Assembly (NCBI GenBank): GCA_965140445.1
Contig: OZ223236.1
Coordinates: 4,416,001-4,480,000 of the forward strand
Source: Candidatus Ozemobacteraceae bacterium
GTDB taxonomy: Bacteria > Muiribacteriota > Ozemobacteria > Ozemobacterales > Ozemobacteraceae
DNA length: 64,000 bases
Direction: 5' to 3'
Both the position numbers and the translations under genes were made by a program. The notes below the pieces were generated by a model, which was not told the origin of the DNA, made no database searches, and saw only the letters and a list, made by a program, of their open reading frames with translations. This document shows, in pieces, positions 36,318 to 45,905 of this stretch. Positions within the stretch are counted from its first letter, which is position 1. Each line of letters starts with the position of its first letter.

Positions 36318-37532
36318 TTATCTTTCCCCGAGAGAGTTAGGTGCAGAGTTTTTTAGTAACCCACGAGAATTTAATAGCGTTTTATAGCACTTATCCATAT
36401 TATTAGCCAGTCGTTTTACAGAATACCTTGAACAAATTTCATCGCGCAAATTGGGATCAGGATCCATTCTTAAACGGCTTGCCTCAATTGCTTCGCAAAG
36501 ACTATCGGCAAATTTATCATTATCAGTAGGAATAATATTCCCATAAGCACCGCCATTTAAAAGATCAATAACGCCCCCAACTGAAGTTGCTGCGACAGGA
36601 CATCCAGCGGCAAGAGCCTCTATTAGAACAACAGGTGTCCCTTCATTTTTTGAAAGTAAAACAAGCAGATCCAAATCGGAGTAAACCTCTTCAATATCCT
36701 TTCTTATTCCAAGCATTGAAACATTTTGCTCAAGATTTAAACTCTCAATTTTACCTTCAATTTCCTGCCTCATTTCACCATCACCAACAATAATCAGGTG
36801 AGCATCAGGCTTTCTTTCCAAGACTTTTCCAAAAACTTCTATTAAACGCAAATGGTTTTTAACTGGCACCAATCTAGCTACAATTCCAATTAAAAAAGCA
36901 TCTGGACTGATGCCAAGAGATTTTCTTATATTTCCCTTTTTACGTTCAAATCTCCTGAATTTTTCTAACTCAAGTCCAAGCGGGATGACTGCTATTTTAT
37001 CTTTTGAAATGGGTGAAAGTCGCTCAGCGATTTCTTTCTTTAGATCGGGGGATAGAGTCACAATCTTATCAGTAAAGCGCGCCAGAAGTCTCTCCAAACA
37101 AGCAATAGCACTTGATACTTTTTCTGAAAAATAGCCAGAAAAAATATGACCATGAAAAGTATGTAAAATTACAGGAACTCCACAGAATACAGCCGCAAGC
37201 CTTCCGAGAATACCAACTTTGGTTGTGTGTGTGTGCACAATGTCTGGTTTATATTTTATTACCAGCCTGACAATTCCCAAAAAAGCCTTAAAGTCGTTGA
37301 ATAAGGAAATTCTCCCCGTCAACCCCTTTACAACTTCAACCCTGATTCCATTATTAATTGCCTGATCTATCATACTTCCTTCAACACTCTGGGGATTTCC
37401 AACAGCCAGAACTGTTTCATACCCCATTCCAGCCATGCCCTTACAAAGGTTTATGACATGAAAAGAAGGACCGCCAACATTTATCCTGCTTAGCAATCTT
37501 AAAACTCTGATTTTTCTTTTACCTGTTTCCAA
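36318..37532 (-). CDS. GT4 family glycosyltransferase
   Basis: RINVGGP, PDIVHTHT, HTFHGH, ARLVPVKN, VGDG, SKNEGTPVVLIEALAAG. Confidence 0.92.
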   Translation of the reverse strand: METGKRKIRVLRLLSRINVGGPSFHVINLCKGMAGMGYETVLAVGNPQSVEGSMIDQAINNGIRVEVVKGLTGRISLFNDFKAFLGIVRLVIKYKPDIVHTHTTKVGILGRLAAVFCGVPVILHTFHGHIFSGYFSEKVSSAIACLERLLARFTDKIVTLSPDLKKEIAERLSPISKDKIAVIPLGLELEKFRRFERKKGNIRKSLGISPDAFLIGIVARLVPVKNHLRLIEVFGKVLERKPDAHLIIVGDGEMRQEIEGKIESLNLEQNVSMLGIRKDIEEVYSDLDLLVLLSKNEGTPVVLIEALAAGCPVAATSVGGVIDLLNGGAYGNIIPTDNDKFADSLCEAIEASRLRMDPDPNLRDEICSRYSVKRLANNMDKCYKTLLNSRGLLKNSAPNSLGER

Positions 37533-37728
37533 TTTGCAAACTCGCGAGTTATTTGAGGCTCAATACTTACATATCATGCCCTATTTTTTCAAGTTTAGTC
37601 TATGTAAACAGGAAAAACTCCAGCGGTAATTTTTTATAAATGATTTTTCTCTGTATACTTGTTTCATTTAAGAGAATTGATGTAGTCTAATTAGAGATAA
37701 AATGGCATTTTCTTCAGGAGGCAAATCC

Positions 37729-39405
37729 ATGCGTCGAAAGGCAATATATGGAAACAGAGGATTTCAGAAAATTACAGATCATTTTTATTCGGAACTTTTA
37801 AGCCGAAACCCGGTCACAGCAACCTGGTTAGGGGAGCATCAATTTGATAGTCTTCTTCCAGAAGTCGGAGCTGAAGCAATCGAGAAAGAAATTTCTTTTT
37901 TGCGAAAAATGAAGGATTCCTATAGTTCTCTTCCAGAAAGTGACTTATCAATAGATGAGCGCATTGACAGAGAGATTGCAATAAACTTTGCAAGTATTCA
38001 CCTGTTTTTAAATGAAGATTTGCAGCGCTGGAAGCTTGGCAAAGATTTGGCAATGCACATTGGCGATTCTATTTTTCTATTGTTTGTAAGAGACTTTGCC
38101 CCCCTTCATCAGCGCGTAGAGGCAATGATTTCAAGATTGGAATCGGTGCCAATGTTTTTAGCCAGCGGGAAAACTCTTTTCCAAAAAGTCCCAGCTTTAT
38201 GGGGAGAAATTTATCTGGATTCGGCAAGGAATCTTCCTGCATTGCTTGATACAATTGAGACAAGCATATCGAATCAGGTGCCAGGATTTCTTTTGAACAA
38301 CTTTAGTAAAGCATGTATTACAGCAAAAAAAGCATTGGTTGATTTTACAAACTGGTTTAAGAATGCGATTATGCCTAAAGCAGAACATGACTGGGCTATG
38401 GGAGAAGGAGCATTTCAAACTCTGATGCAATTGAGAAATCTTGGATTATCAACCTCAGAGATGCTTGATATTGGCAAAACCAGTTTAAGAAAAAGCTCTG
38501 ACCGAATTGATCTTTTAAGCAGAAAAATACTTGGAACTTCTTCAAGTTGTGATAAACGCTCAGTAAATGAAGTCCATAACAGAATAAAAGCCAATTGCCC
38601 GCAAACTTTTGAGCAAGCCCTTGAAGCGTATAAAGACTCCGTCCGAAGGAGCAAAGCTTTTGTGGAACTTAACCAGTTTGCAACTCTTCCAGAAAATGAA
38701 GATTTGGAAATAATGGAAACCCCAGATTTTATGGCACATGTAATTCCATTTGCAGCATACATGGGACCAGAAAAGTCAGCAAAGTTTCAAAAAGGAACCT
38801 ACCTTGTTACAAGAAACAAAAATAAAATTGAGCTGGGGAGATTTAATTACTCAGATATTTCCAACACATCCATCCATGAGGGCTATCCAGGACACCACCT
38901 TCAGCTCACTGGTCAGAACTTGCATCCCAGCAAACTCAGGATTTTTTCCGAAAGTACAGAATTAATTGAAGGCTGGGCACATTATTGTGAAGAAGCTATT
39001 ATGGAAAGAGGCTTTGAATCAACTAATGAAAATTACTTCATTCAGGCTAACGATGAAGTATTTAGGGCAGCTCGAATTCTAATAGATATAAACCTTCATG
39101 GAAAAAAATGGAGCTTTGATAAAGCCCTAAGCTTTTTGATGGAACAAACCAATATGGATAAGCCATCAGCAATAGCTGAAATGAAAAGATACACTCAAAC
39201 CCCTGGCTATCAGGTCTCCTACTTGACGGGTAAGCACTTAATCAAAGAAATGAAAGAAAAGTTAAAAAATAGATTCAAAAGTGACTTAAACGACAGAGAT
39301 TTTCATGATTTACTAATTTATGAAGGAAGTCTTCCGATTTTCCTGGGAAAAAAATACTACCCGGAAATACTTTTAGAAAGGTTTAAAGAAGAATCTAAAA
39401 TTTAA
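37729..39405 (+). CDS. DUF885 family putative metallopeptidase
   Basis: P..AT.LG, HEGYPGHHLQ, EGWAHYCE, RAARILID, EMKRY...PGYQVSY..G. AGGAGG RBS favours ATG 37729. Confidence 0.87.
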   Translation: MRRKAIYGNRGFQKITDHFYSELLSRNPVTATWLGEHQFDSLLPEVGAEAIEKEISFLRKMKDSYSSLPESDLSIDERIDREIAINFASIHLFLNEDLQRWKLGKDLAMHIGDSIFLLFVRDFAPLHQRVEAMISRLESVPMFLASGKTLFQKVPALWGEIYLDSARNLPALLDTIETSISNQVPGFLLNNFSKACITAKKALVDFTNWFKNAIMPKAEHDWAMGEGAFQTLMQLRNLGLSTSEMLDIGKTSLRKSSDRIDLLSRKILGTSSSCDKRSVNEVHNRIKANCPQTFEQALEAYKDSVRRSKAFVELNQFATLPENEDLEIMETPDFMAHVIPFAAYMGPEKSAKFQKGTYLVTRNKNKIELGRFNYSDISNTSIHEGYPGHHLQLTGQNLHPSKLRIFSESTELIEGWAHYCEEAIMERGFESTNENYFIQANDEVFRAARILIDINLHGKKWSFDKALSFLMEQTNMDKPSAIAEMKRYTQTPGYQVSYLTGKHLIKEMKEKLKNRFKSDLNDRDFHDLLIYEGSLPIFLGKKYYPEILLERFKEESKI

Positions 39406-39410
39406 AAACT

Positions 39411-39914
39411 ATGGCATTTGACAAACAACTATTTATACCAAATAAACGCGACTACATAACCGGAAAAAAGAGACCCACAGTAGATTGTATTATTTGCTCT
39501 ATTATAAAAAAAGAGCCTGAAGTAACAAATCTACTGGTTTGGAAAAATGATTTTGTAGCAGTTTGTGCGAATCTTTACCCCTACAATGCCGGACACCTTC
39601 TAATTTTTCCAACAAGACACATAGAAGATCCTCGAGAACGAACAGAAAATGAAATTCTTCAAATGAGTAAACTTCTCCAACATTCAATGGATGTCCTGGA
39701 AAAAATTTACGAGCCATCCGGCTTTAACATTGGCTTCAACGTTGGGGAAGCTTCCGGCGCCAGCATTCCTCATTTACACAAACATCTTGTCCCAAGATAC
39801 TCACGTGAGCTTGGGTTTGTAGATATCACCGCCGGAGCAAAAATCATTATCGAAGACCCTAACCACACTCTTGAAAAGCTGAGAAAAGAGTTTGAAGGTT
39901 ATGAAATCAAATAA
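39411..39914 (+). CDS. HIT family nucleotide hydrolase/phosphorylase
   Basis: CIIC, NLYPYNAGHLL, GFNIGFNVG..SGASI, triad HLHKH, LVPR. Confidence 0.9.
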   Translation: MAFDKQLFIPNKRDYITGKKRPTVDCIICSIIKKEPEVTNLLVWKNDFVAVCANLYPYNAGHLLIFPTRHIEDPRERTENEILQMSKLLQHSMDVLEKIYEPSGFNIGFNVGEASGASIPHLHKHLVPRYSRELGFVDITAGAKIIIEDPNHTLEKLRKEFEGYEIK

Positions 39915-39942
39915 TGAAACTCACTTCAAGAATAAAAATATA

Positions 39943-39951
39943 TGTTATAAT
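39943..39951 (+). promoter_or_regulatory. Extended -10 promoter element
   Basis: TGTTATAAT upstream of the AAGGAG RBS of the 39984 gene. Confidence 0.5.
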
Positions 39952-39983
39952 CTCTTTTCAAAGGATTTAAAGGAGCGAAATCT

Positions 39984-40661
39984 ATGAAGTCCAAGCTACT
40001 CAAAACTGGATTCCTTGCACTGGCAGCATTTTGTGGAACCAGTATGATCTCTTTTGCAGACACCTGTGATGATTTGAAATTTCTGGGATATTCCAAAAAT
40101 ATCACTGATGAAATTTCTCAAACTTTAAAAGAAACTGGAATAGCAGAACCAGATGTAAAAATTCTCTCAGAAAACGATGATCGCGCTTTAACAGAAGTAG
40201 AAGCAGTTCACGAGCAACTTTTTGAGCTTGGAGTAACTCGCGGACTCTCAGCTCAATCAGCCGATCAGTCTGAAAGATTGCAACAGGAACTAAACACTTT
40301 CTGGGATGAAGTTGAAACAACAAAGTCACCTGAAAAGGTTTCAGCAGCAGTTAAGCAACAGATTTACAATAACATTCTCACCGATCTAAACAAAGCTGGA
40401 TACAATGTTTTGCGACTTGAGATTTTAGATCTCCCGGAAGGCAATTCTGACAACCAGATTAGAGCTATTGTAAGAGCGGTTAAACCCTTAAGGACTAAGA
40501 AAAGTTACCTTGAGATCCAAAAAAACCTGTCGGAAATGAAAAAAATCTGTGTTAACTCGGCTACAATCGGCGGAATGCCATATTTATCAGAACTAACTTC
40601 ATTTGTAGCAGAAAATCCCAGGAATAAATATTATTACGAAAAAACAATCTTAAACTACTAG
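39984..40661 (+). CDS. Exported hypothetical protein
   Basis: Signal peptide ending SFA. AAGGAG RBS. Confidence 0.7.
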   Translation: MKSKLLKTGFLALAAFCGTSMISFADTCDDLKFLGYSKNITDEISQTLKETGIAEPDVKILSENDDRALTEVEAVHEQLFELGVTRGLSAQSADQSERLQQELNTFWDEVETTKSPEKVSAAVKQQIYNNILTDLNKAGYNVLRLEILDLPEGNSDNQIRAIVRAVKPLRTKKSYLEIQKNLSEMKKICVNSATIGGMPYLSELTSFVAENPRNKYYYEKTILNY

Positions 40662-40671
40662 GGTTTAACTA

Positions 40672-41085
40672 ATGAGTATTCTTGCATCTACAAGGAATTC
40701 TACTAGAATCATGGTTTATGCCATGGTTTGCACTTTGGTTATTTCCTTTGGGTGTATAGGCGCGTTACTTGCATCAGTTATGGGAGCTCAATATGCTTTG
40801 ATAGGCCTATTTTTAGGCTCTGCACTTGGTGCTTTTATATCGGTATATGAAGCCACAATTATTGGATGCATGTCGGGAATGCTAGTTGGTTTGATTTCGT
40901 CCCCTCTGGTATTTTACTTTCTTGACTTTGAAACCGCCTATCTAGTTATATTTGTTTTCTCTTTATTAGGTGCGTTTCTGGGCGAACCATTAGCTTATTT
41001 CTGGCGGGAAGCGAATCAATTAGAAGAAGAAACCACAGATTTCCCGGCTTTGGAAAACAAAGACTCCGAGGAGATTGTTGAGTGA
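40672..41085 (+). CDS. Small Gly-rich 4-TM membrane protein
   Basis: Repeated GxxxG-type hydrophobic segments and an acidic C-tail. Confidence 0.7.
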   Translation: MSILASTRNSTRIMVYAMVCTLVISFGCIGALLASVMGAQYALIGLFLGSALGAFISVYEATIIGCMSGMLVGLISSPLVFYFLDFETAYLVIFVFSLLGAFLGEPLAYFWREANQLEEETTDFPALENKDSEEIVE

Positions 41086-41483
41086 GCATTATAAGACTGA
41101 TAATGGTTGAAAAAGAATCAGCAGTTTCCGGTCAGATACCATCTTCATCAATTCCTTCCATTTTCTGGGCAATATCCAACGGCGCTTCAAAGCTTCCGGC
41201 GTTCTGGAAAAAAGTTAAAGAAATTGATTCTGGCCTGGAAGATCACTTTAAAACAAATCAAGACCAGACGCCGAATCTTGAAGGAGCTGGCGATGGTTTA
41301 TTGGTTATAAGCTGGGATCATAAATGTATTGAATCCTTTCAATCCTATACGCCCGCCAGGCATTTTGGAACCGTAGTCCCACACAACGGCGAACACAGAA
41401 TAGCAGAAGAAGAACCCCGGGAATTTCAAATTGATGATTCCTGGAGCATTATAGATCATCATTTTGAGGAGAGCAGGCACTAA
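41082..41483 (+). CDS. Hypothetical protein
   Basis: GTGA overlap with the upstream stop. GGAG upstream. Confidence 0.65.
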   Translation: MSIIRLIMVEKESAVSGQIPSSSIPSIFWAISNGASKLPAFWKKVKEIDSGLEDHFKTNQDQTPNLEGAGDGLLVISWDHKCIESFQSYTPARHFGTVVPHNGEHRIAEEEPREFQIDDSWSIIDHHFEESRH

Positions 41484-41487
41484 TCAG

Positions 41488-43839
41488 ATGGCAAATTGTC
41501 AAAGCTGTGGAGCAATTAACAACGAAGATTCAATCAGCTGTGTAGCATGTAACAGGACACTTTTGGTTGTATGTCCCAGATGTACCGCGAGAAATTCAGT
41601 ATCAGCTGCAATATGTGGCCAATGTGGAAGAATTCTTCAGGAAAAAAACGACCCCAATCTAATGAGACAAAGGTTCGGAGATCCTGTAGATGAAATGCTG
41701 ATGCAACAAAACGATGATTTTTCCAGCACCGAGTTTCCCAAAAGTGCGTTTGCAAAAGTTATAATTGGAATCTTTGTCTTCTCATTTGTTTATATGTCAC
41801 AGATTTTGAGTGGTCATCCAATTTTACTGCTGTTAGCAGGCCTCGGCAGTGGTGCACTGGCTTTATGGGGATTAATAGACATTACTTTCTGGGTTTTAGA
41901 AGATAATGAAATAAACAAAGCTCCAGTTAACGAAAGCATCCCAGAATCTTTCCCAACTGGAACAGAAGAAGGTTTACCTTCCATTGGTGAGTCATTTGAA
42001 GCAATGGATCAGGACTATGAAGATTCTATTAAAGAGCAACAACAGGGATTACCAGATCTTCCATTGTCAGAAGATGAAGCAGAGGCTTTAACGGCAAAAA
42101 ATCTTTCAGAAGAAAATCATGAAATCACTGAAAAAGATGAAGTTGAAGAGAAAAAAGCTAAAGCCCAGACTCTTGCAGAATTTCTCTCAGATGGCATTGA
42201 GAAAGAAATTTCGGCAATCCAGCGAAAGATTAGAAGATCACCAGACAATTTTGCTTTGCTGATGAGACTTGCACAACTCCACGAAGAAAGAGGAGAAATA
42301 AACCTCGCAGTTGAAAAAATGGAGGAATGCATCGCATTTCAGCCAGAAGTCGCTGAAATTTATCTTTACCATGGAATACTTTTACGCAGATCCGGGAAAC
42401 CTGACAAGGCAAGAGAAGCGTTTGAACGGGCCCTTGAATTAAACAAATTCATGTCCAAGGTCTACTATCAACTTGGAATTCTTGAGAGAAGTCAAAGCAA
42501 TCTTGATCTTTCAAGAAAATTTTTACAAAAATGTATTCAGCTTTCTCCTGATGATGCTTATGCTCATTACCAACTCGGAATGATTTATAGAGACTTAGGC
42601 GATCTTCGCCTGGCACAGATGGAGTTAAAAAGAGCAACAATTCTTCATCCAACAGATTCTTACGGGCACAGTAAATTGGGACAGGTTTTTCAACAAACCG
42701 GCCAACTGGAACTGGCAATATCAGAATATTCTGTCGCCCTTAGTATTAAGCCTTCAGATCCCTTCGTATTAGAAAAACTTGCGGAAGTAGTTGCAGCCAA
42801 ACATATGCCCGAAAAAGCAGCAGAATTGTTCCAGGAAGCTATTTCCAGGCAGTTTCATCCAAAGGTTGAAACAATGCTTTCTCTTGGCAAAGTTCTTCGC
42901 CAACTAGGACGATTTGAGGAGCTTGAAACTTTAACCACAGAAATTTTGCGTCTGGACAAAAATAATCACCATGCATGCTTTTTAAAAGCTATTTCAGCCA
43001 TAAACCAAGGTAGGAATCTCGATGCGGTTGATATTCTTGAAGATTTAACCCAAAACCCACAAGCTGGTTACGAAGCATGGCTTGAGCTGGGAAAACTGTA
43101 TCAAGCAAATGGAAAAGCAGAAAAAGCTGTTTCAGCCTTTATTCGAGCATCAACGAGTGCTCCTGACCAAGCTGGAATATGGAACACAATCGGAGTTCTT
43201 CTTAGCAATCAAAAAGCTTATGAAGAAGCATTAAAGGCTTTTAAGAAAGCACTGAGCTTTGATTATACTGATTCCCAGATTCACACAAATATGTCCGCTG
43301 TACAAAAGAAAATAGAATCAAGTTGTAACAGAATAATTGAAACCCGACAAAAGCAGCTTGAAAAGAACCCGGATGATCTGGAAGCTTATCTTGAGATGGG
43401 ACATGCTCTAGAATTATCTCAGAGACCAGATGAAGCTATGATGGCTTACCAAAGGTTACTTGCAGTAGACCCTGAACACATTCAAGGTCTCATGTCTTAT
43501 TCAGAACTACTCAGAAAACGTGGAAAGCTGAAAATGGCTATGCGTTGCTATAAGGAAATTTTAAAACTTCAGCCAGAAAATCTTGATACGCATCTATATC
43601 TTGTTCAGGCAAACTTAAACCTTGGGTTCTTGAATGAAGCTCTCAGGCATGCGGTAATTGCACAAAAGCTTTCAGCTGAGGACCCACGGGTACATTTCCT
43701 TCTAGGTAAAATTTACTTTGCCAAAGGTCTTGCCCCAAGAGCTTTGAAAGAATTTACTTCGGTAGCAGAAAATTCAAACGACCCCGATATGATCAGTTGG
43801 GCAGAGCTTATGAGAAGACGATTGTCGAGGAATTCATAA
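41488..43839 (+). CDS. Double zinc-ribbon, 2-TM, multi-TPR protein
   Basis: CQSC/CVAC/CPRC/CGQC, two TM helices, an acidic linker and many TPRs. ATG 41488 preferred as start. Confidence 0.85.
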   Translation: MANCQSCGAINNEDSISCVACNRTLLVVCPRCTARNSVSAAICGQCGRILQEKNDPNLMRQRFGDPVDEMLMQQNDDFSSTEFPKSAFAKVIIGIFVFSFVYMSQILSGHPILLLLAGLGSGALALWGLIDITFWVLEDNEINKAPVNESIPESFPTGTEEGLPSIGESFEAMDQDYEDSIKEQQQGLPDLPLSEDEAEALTAKNLSEENHEITEKDEVEEKKAKAQTLAEFLSDGIEKEISAIQRKIRRSPDNFALLMRLAQLHEERGEINLAVEKMEECIAFQPEVAEIYLYHGILLRRSGKPDKAREAFERALELNKFMSKVYYQLGILERSQSNLDLSRKFLQKCIQLSPDDAYAHYQLGMIYRDLGDLRLAQMELKRATILHPTDSYGHSKLGQVFQQTGQLELAISEYSVALSIKPSDPFVLEKLAEVVAAKHMPEKAAELFQEAISRQFHPKVETMLSLGKVLRQLGRFEELETLTTEILRLDKNNHHACFLKAISAINQGRNLDAVDILEDLTQNPQAGYEAWLELGKLYQANGKAEKAVSAFIRASTSAPDQAGIWNTIGVLLSNQKAYEEALKAFKKALSFDYTDSQIHTNMSAVQKKIESSCNRIIETRQKQLEKNPDDLEAYLEMGHALELSQRPDEAMMAYQRLLAVDPEHIQGLMSYSELLRKRGKLKMAMRCYKEILKLQPENLDTHLYLVQANLNLGFLNEALRHAVIAQKLSAEDPRVHFLLGKIYFAKGLAPRALKEFTSVAENSNDPDMISWAELMRRRLSRNS

Positions 43840-44996
43840 TGAGGCACTCATTAAAAAGAATTGGTCTGTTTTTTGTCGCGATTGCAGGAATTGCATTGCC
43901 AATATCAGCCCAAAGCTCTTTTTCATCGATAGCAGAATCAAAAGTAACGGTTAGAGATTTGCTTGAAGGGCACGAAAGGGCCCCGCGCTCTGACACCTAT
44001 TATTTATTAGCCCTTGCTGACGCAAGAAAACAGAATTATGAAGAGGCTGAAAAATCAATCAGAACCGGGTTGCAGATTAACCCGCGTAATACCAAACTAA
44101 TGAATCTTCGTGGAGCAATTTATTCGAGAAAAGGTAGATTGGCAGAGGCAAGACGAATATTTCTTACCGTTTTACAACTTAATCCTGATGACAAATACGC
44201 TCAGGCCTCATTAACCTCTATAGAAAAACAACTTCAACCAAAAAGAAATTCAATTATTGTTACACAAAAGGCTGTAGCTAATTCCAGGCCAATCCAACCA
44301 GATTCTCCTGTAGAAGTAGTAAACATAGCCCCGGCAGAGAAAAAGGTTCTGGAAGCTTCTTATTTTAAATCAATAAAGAAAAAACAAAGATGTTACTACA
44401 GCATGGCCAGTATCGCCAGGGCTCAGGATCTTTTTATTAAAGCCCACCCTGACAGAAAAACAGAGTTTGCCATTGAAGAGCTTGTAAAGATGGGCTTATT
44501 GCCCTCGGCACCGCTTTGTCCAGAAGGCGGAAGCTACTCTCTTGATGGAAAAGAAGTCGTCTGTTCTAAACACGGCAAGCAGTCCGTTTTGGGCTCAGAA
44601 GTTCAAACTGTATTTGTAGACTTTAACATGGGTATGAAAGCCAAGCTAAGCCGCAACTATCTTGAAGCCTTAAAAGCCTTTGAGCAAGTTGTCGTATTGT
44701 ATCCCCGGTGGTCGGAAGCTCACTTTCAGCTTGCTGACACGTTGTTTCGCCTTGGAGAAACAGACCCTGCAATATTGGAGCTTAGGCAGTGCCTGAAAAT
44801 TGATTCAGAAAACCTTGATGCCAAGCTTCTTCTAGCAAATCTTTATTTCAAAAAAGGACAAAAGCAATCTGCTCTTGAACTATTAGACGGAGTTGCGACC
44901 AAAGAAAGTGGAACCGTTTATGGACTTGCTGCAAGAAGCATTGCAAAATCAATAAGACTGGGAAGAAACTATTATCAGATCTTCCCACCAAACTAA
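43839..44996 (+). CDS. Exported TPR protein
   Basis: TAATG coupling, signal peptide (...PISA), N- and C-terminal TPRs, central CPEGGSY...CSKHG. Confidence 0.8.
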   Translation: MRHSLKRIGLFFVAIAGIALPISAQSSFSSIAESKVTVRDLLEGHERAPRSDTYYLLALADARKQNYEEAEKSIRTGLQINPRNTKLMNLRGAIYSRKGRLAEARRIFLTVLQLNPDDKYAQASLTSIEKQLQPKRNSIIVTQKAVANSRPIQPDSPVEVVNIAPAEKKVLEASYFKSIKKKQRCYYSMASIARAQDLFIKAHPDRKTEFAIEELVKMGLLPSAPLCPEGGSYSLDGKEVVCSKHGKQSVLGSEVQTVFVDFNMGMKAKLSRNYLEALKAFEQVVVLYPRWSEAHFQLADTLFRLGETDPAILELRQCLKIDSENLDAKLLLANLYFKKGQKQSALELLDGVATKESGTVYGLAARSIAKSIRLGRNYYQIFPPN

Positions 44997-45002
44997 TAAG
45001 TT

Positions 45003-45866
45003 ATGAAAAAACCAATAAAAACCCTAGCCTTCTTGTGTCATCCAGCCAGAGCTTCAGTGCCACCACTTTTAAAAACCCTTTTAAAATGGTCTGAAGAAAA
45101 TGAAATTGGTGTAAGGCTTACACCAAGAATGGCACAAATTGTTGAAAGGCCAGAGCTGGGCCTTCCCAGGCAAGACATGGCCTCTGAAGTCGATATGGTA
45201 GTTGTGCTTGGAGGGGATGGCTCAATACTTGAAACAGTTAGGGCTTTTGCGGCAGATGGTGTCCCAATAGCGGGAATCAACTTAGGACATCTTGGCTTTT
45301 TAACGCTTGATGAGCCCAAAAATGCTATTTTTACCTTAAAAAAACTTAAGAGCGGAAAATTTAGAATTGAAAATAGAATGATGCTTCAAGCTATCGTCCG
45401 CCGCCAGGGAAAAAAGGTTTTCCGTGGAATTGCTTTAAATGACATTGTTGTTCAAAAAGGAACAATGCTTAGAGTAATCAACATAGATGTTTCCATTTCT
45501 GGAAACAAGGTAAATACCTACCATGGAGACGGATTGATCTTTTCTACCCCAACTGGTTCTACTGCATATTCGCTTTCAGCAGGCGGTCCTATTGTCCCTC
45601 CATGGGTAAATGTAATGGTTGTTTGCCCATTAAATTGTCATACTTTAAACGCCCGCCCGGTAATTACTTCAGACTCAGAACGATTAATCGCCAAACTCTC
45701 CTGCGTCCATTCAAAGGTTGATTTAGTTATGGATGGTCAGGAAGGCTTCAGACTGCAGGATGGTGACGAAATTGAAGTCGGAAGAGCCCAGGAATTGGGT
45801 AGAATTGTTGTATTCAGATCAAGAAATTTCTTTCAGGTTTTAAGAAAAAAAATGAGATGGGGATAA
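45003..45866 (+). CDS. nadK: NAD kinase
   Basis: LGGDGS, GINLGHLGFL, ALND, DGLIFSTPTGSTAYSLSAGGP, DGQ. Confidence 0.96.
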   Translation: MKKPIKTLAFLCHPARASVPPLLKTLLKWSEENEIGVRLTPRMAQIVERPELGLPRQDMASEVDMVVVLGGDGSILETVRAFAADGVPIAGINLGHLGFLTLDEPKNAIFTLKKLKSGKFRIENRMMLQAIVRRQGKKVFRGIALNDIVVQKGTMLRVINIDVSISGNKVNTYHGDGLIFSTPTGSTAYSLSAGGPIVPPWVNVMVVCPLNCHTLNARPVITSDSERLIAKLSCVHSKVDLVMDGQEGFRLQDGDEIEVGRAQELGRIVVFRSRNFFQVLRKKMRWG

Positions 45867-45905
45867 AGCGACTTAAGCTCCTTTCCCCATTATAAGGAGA
45901 ATTAA

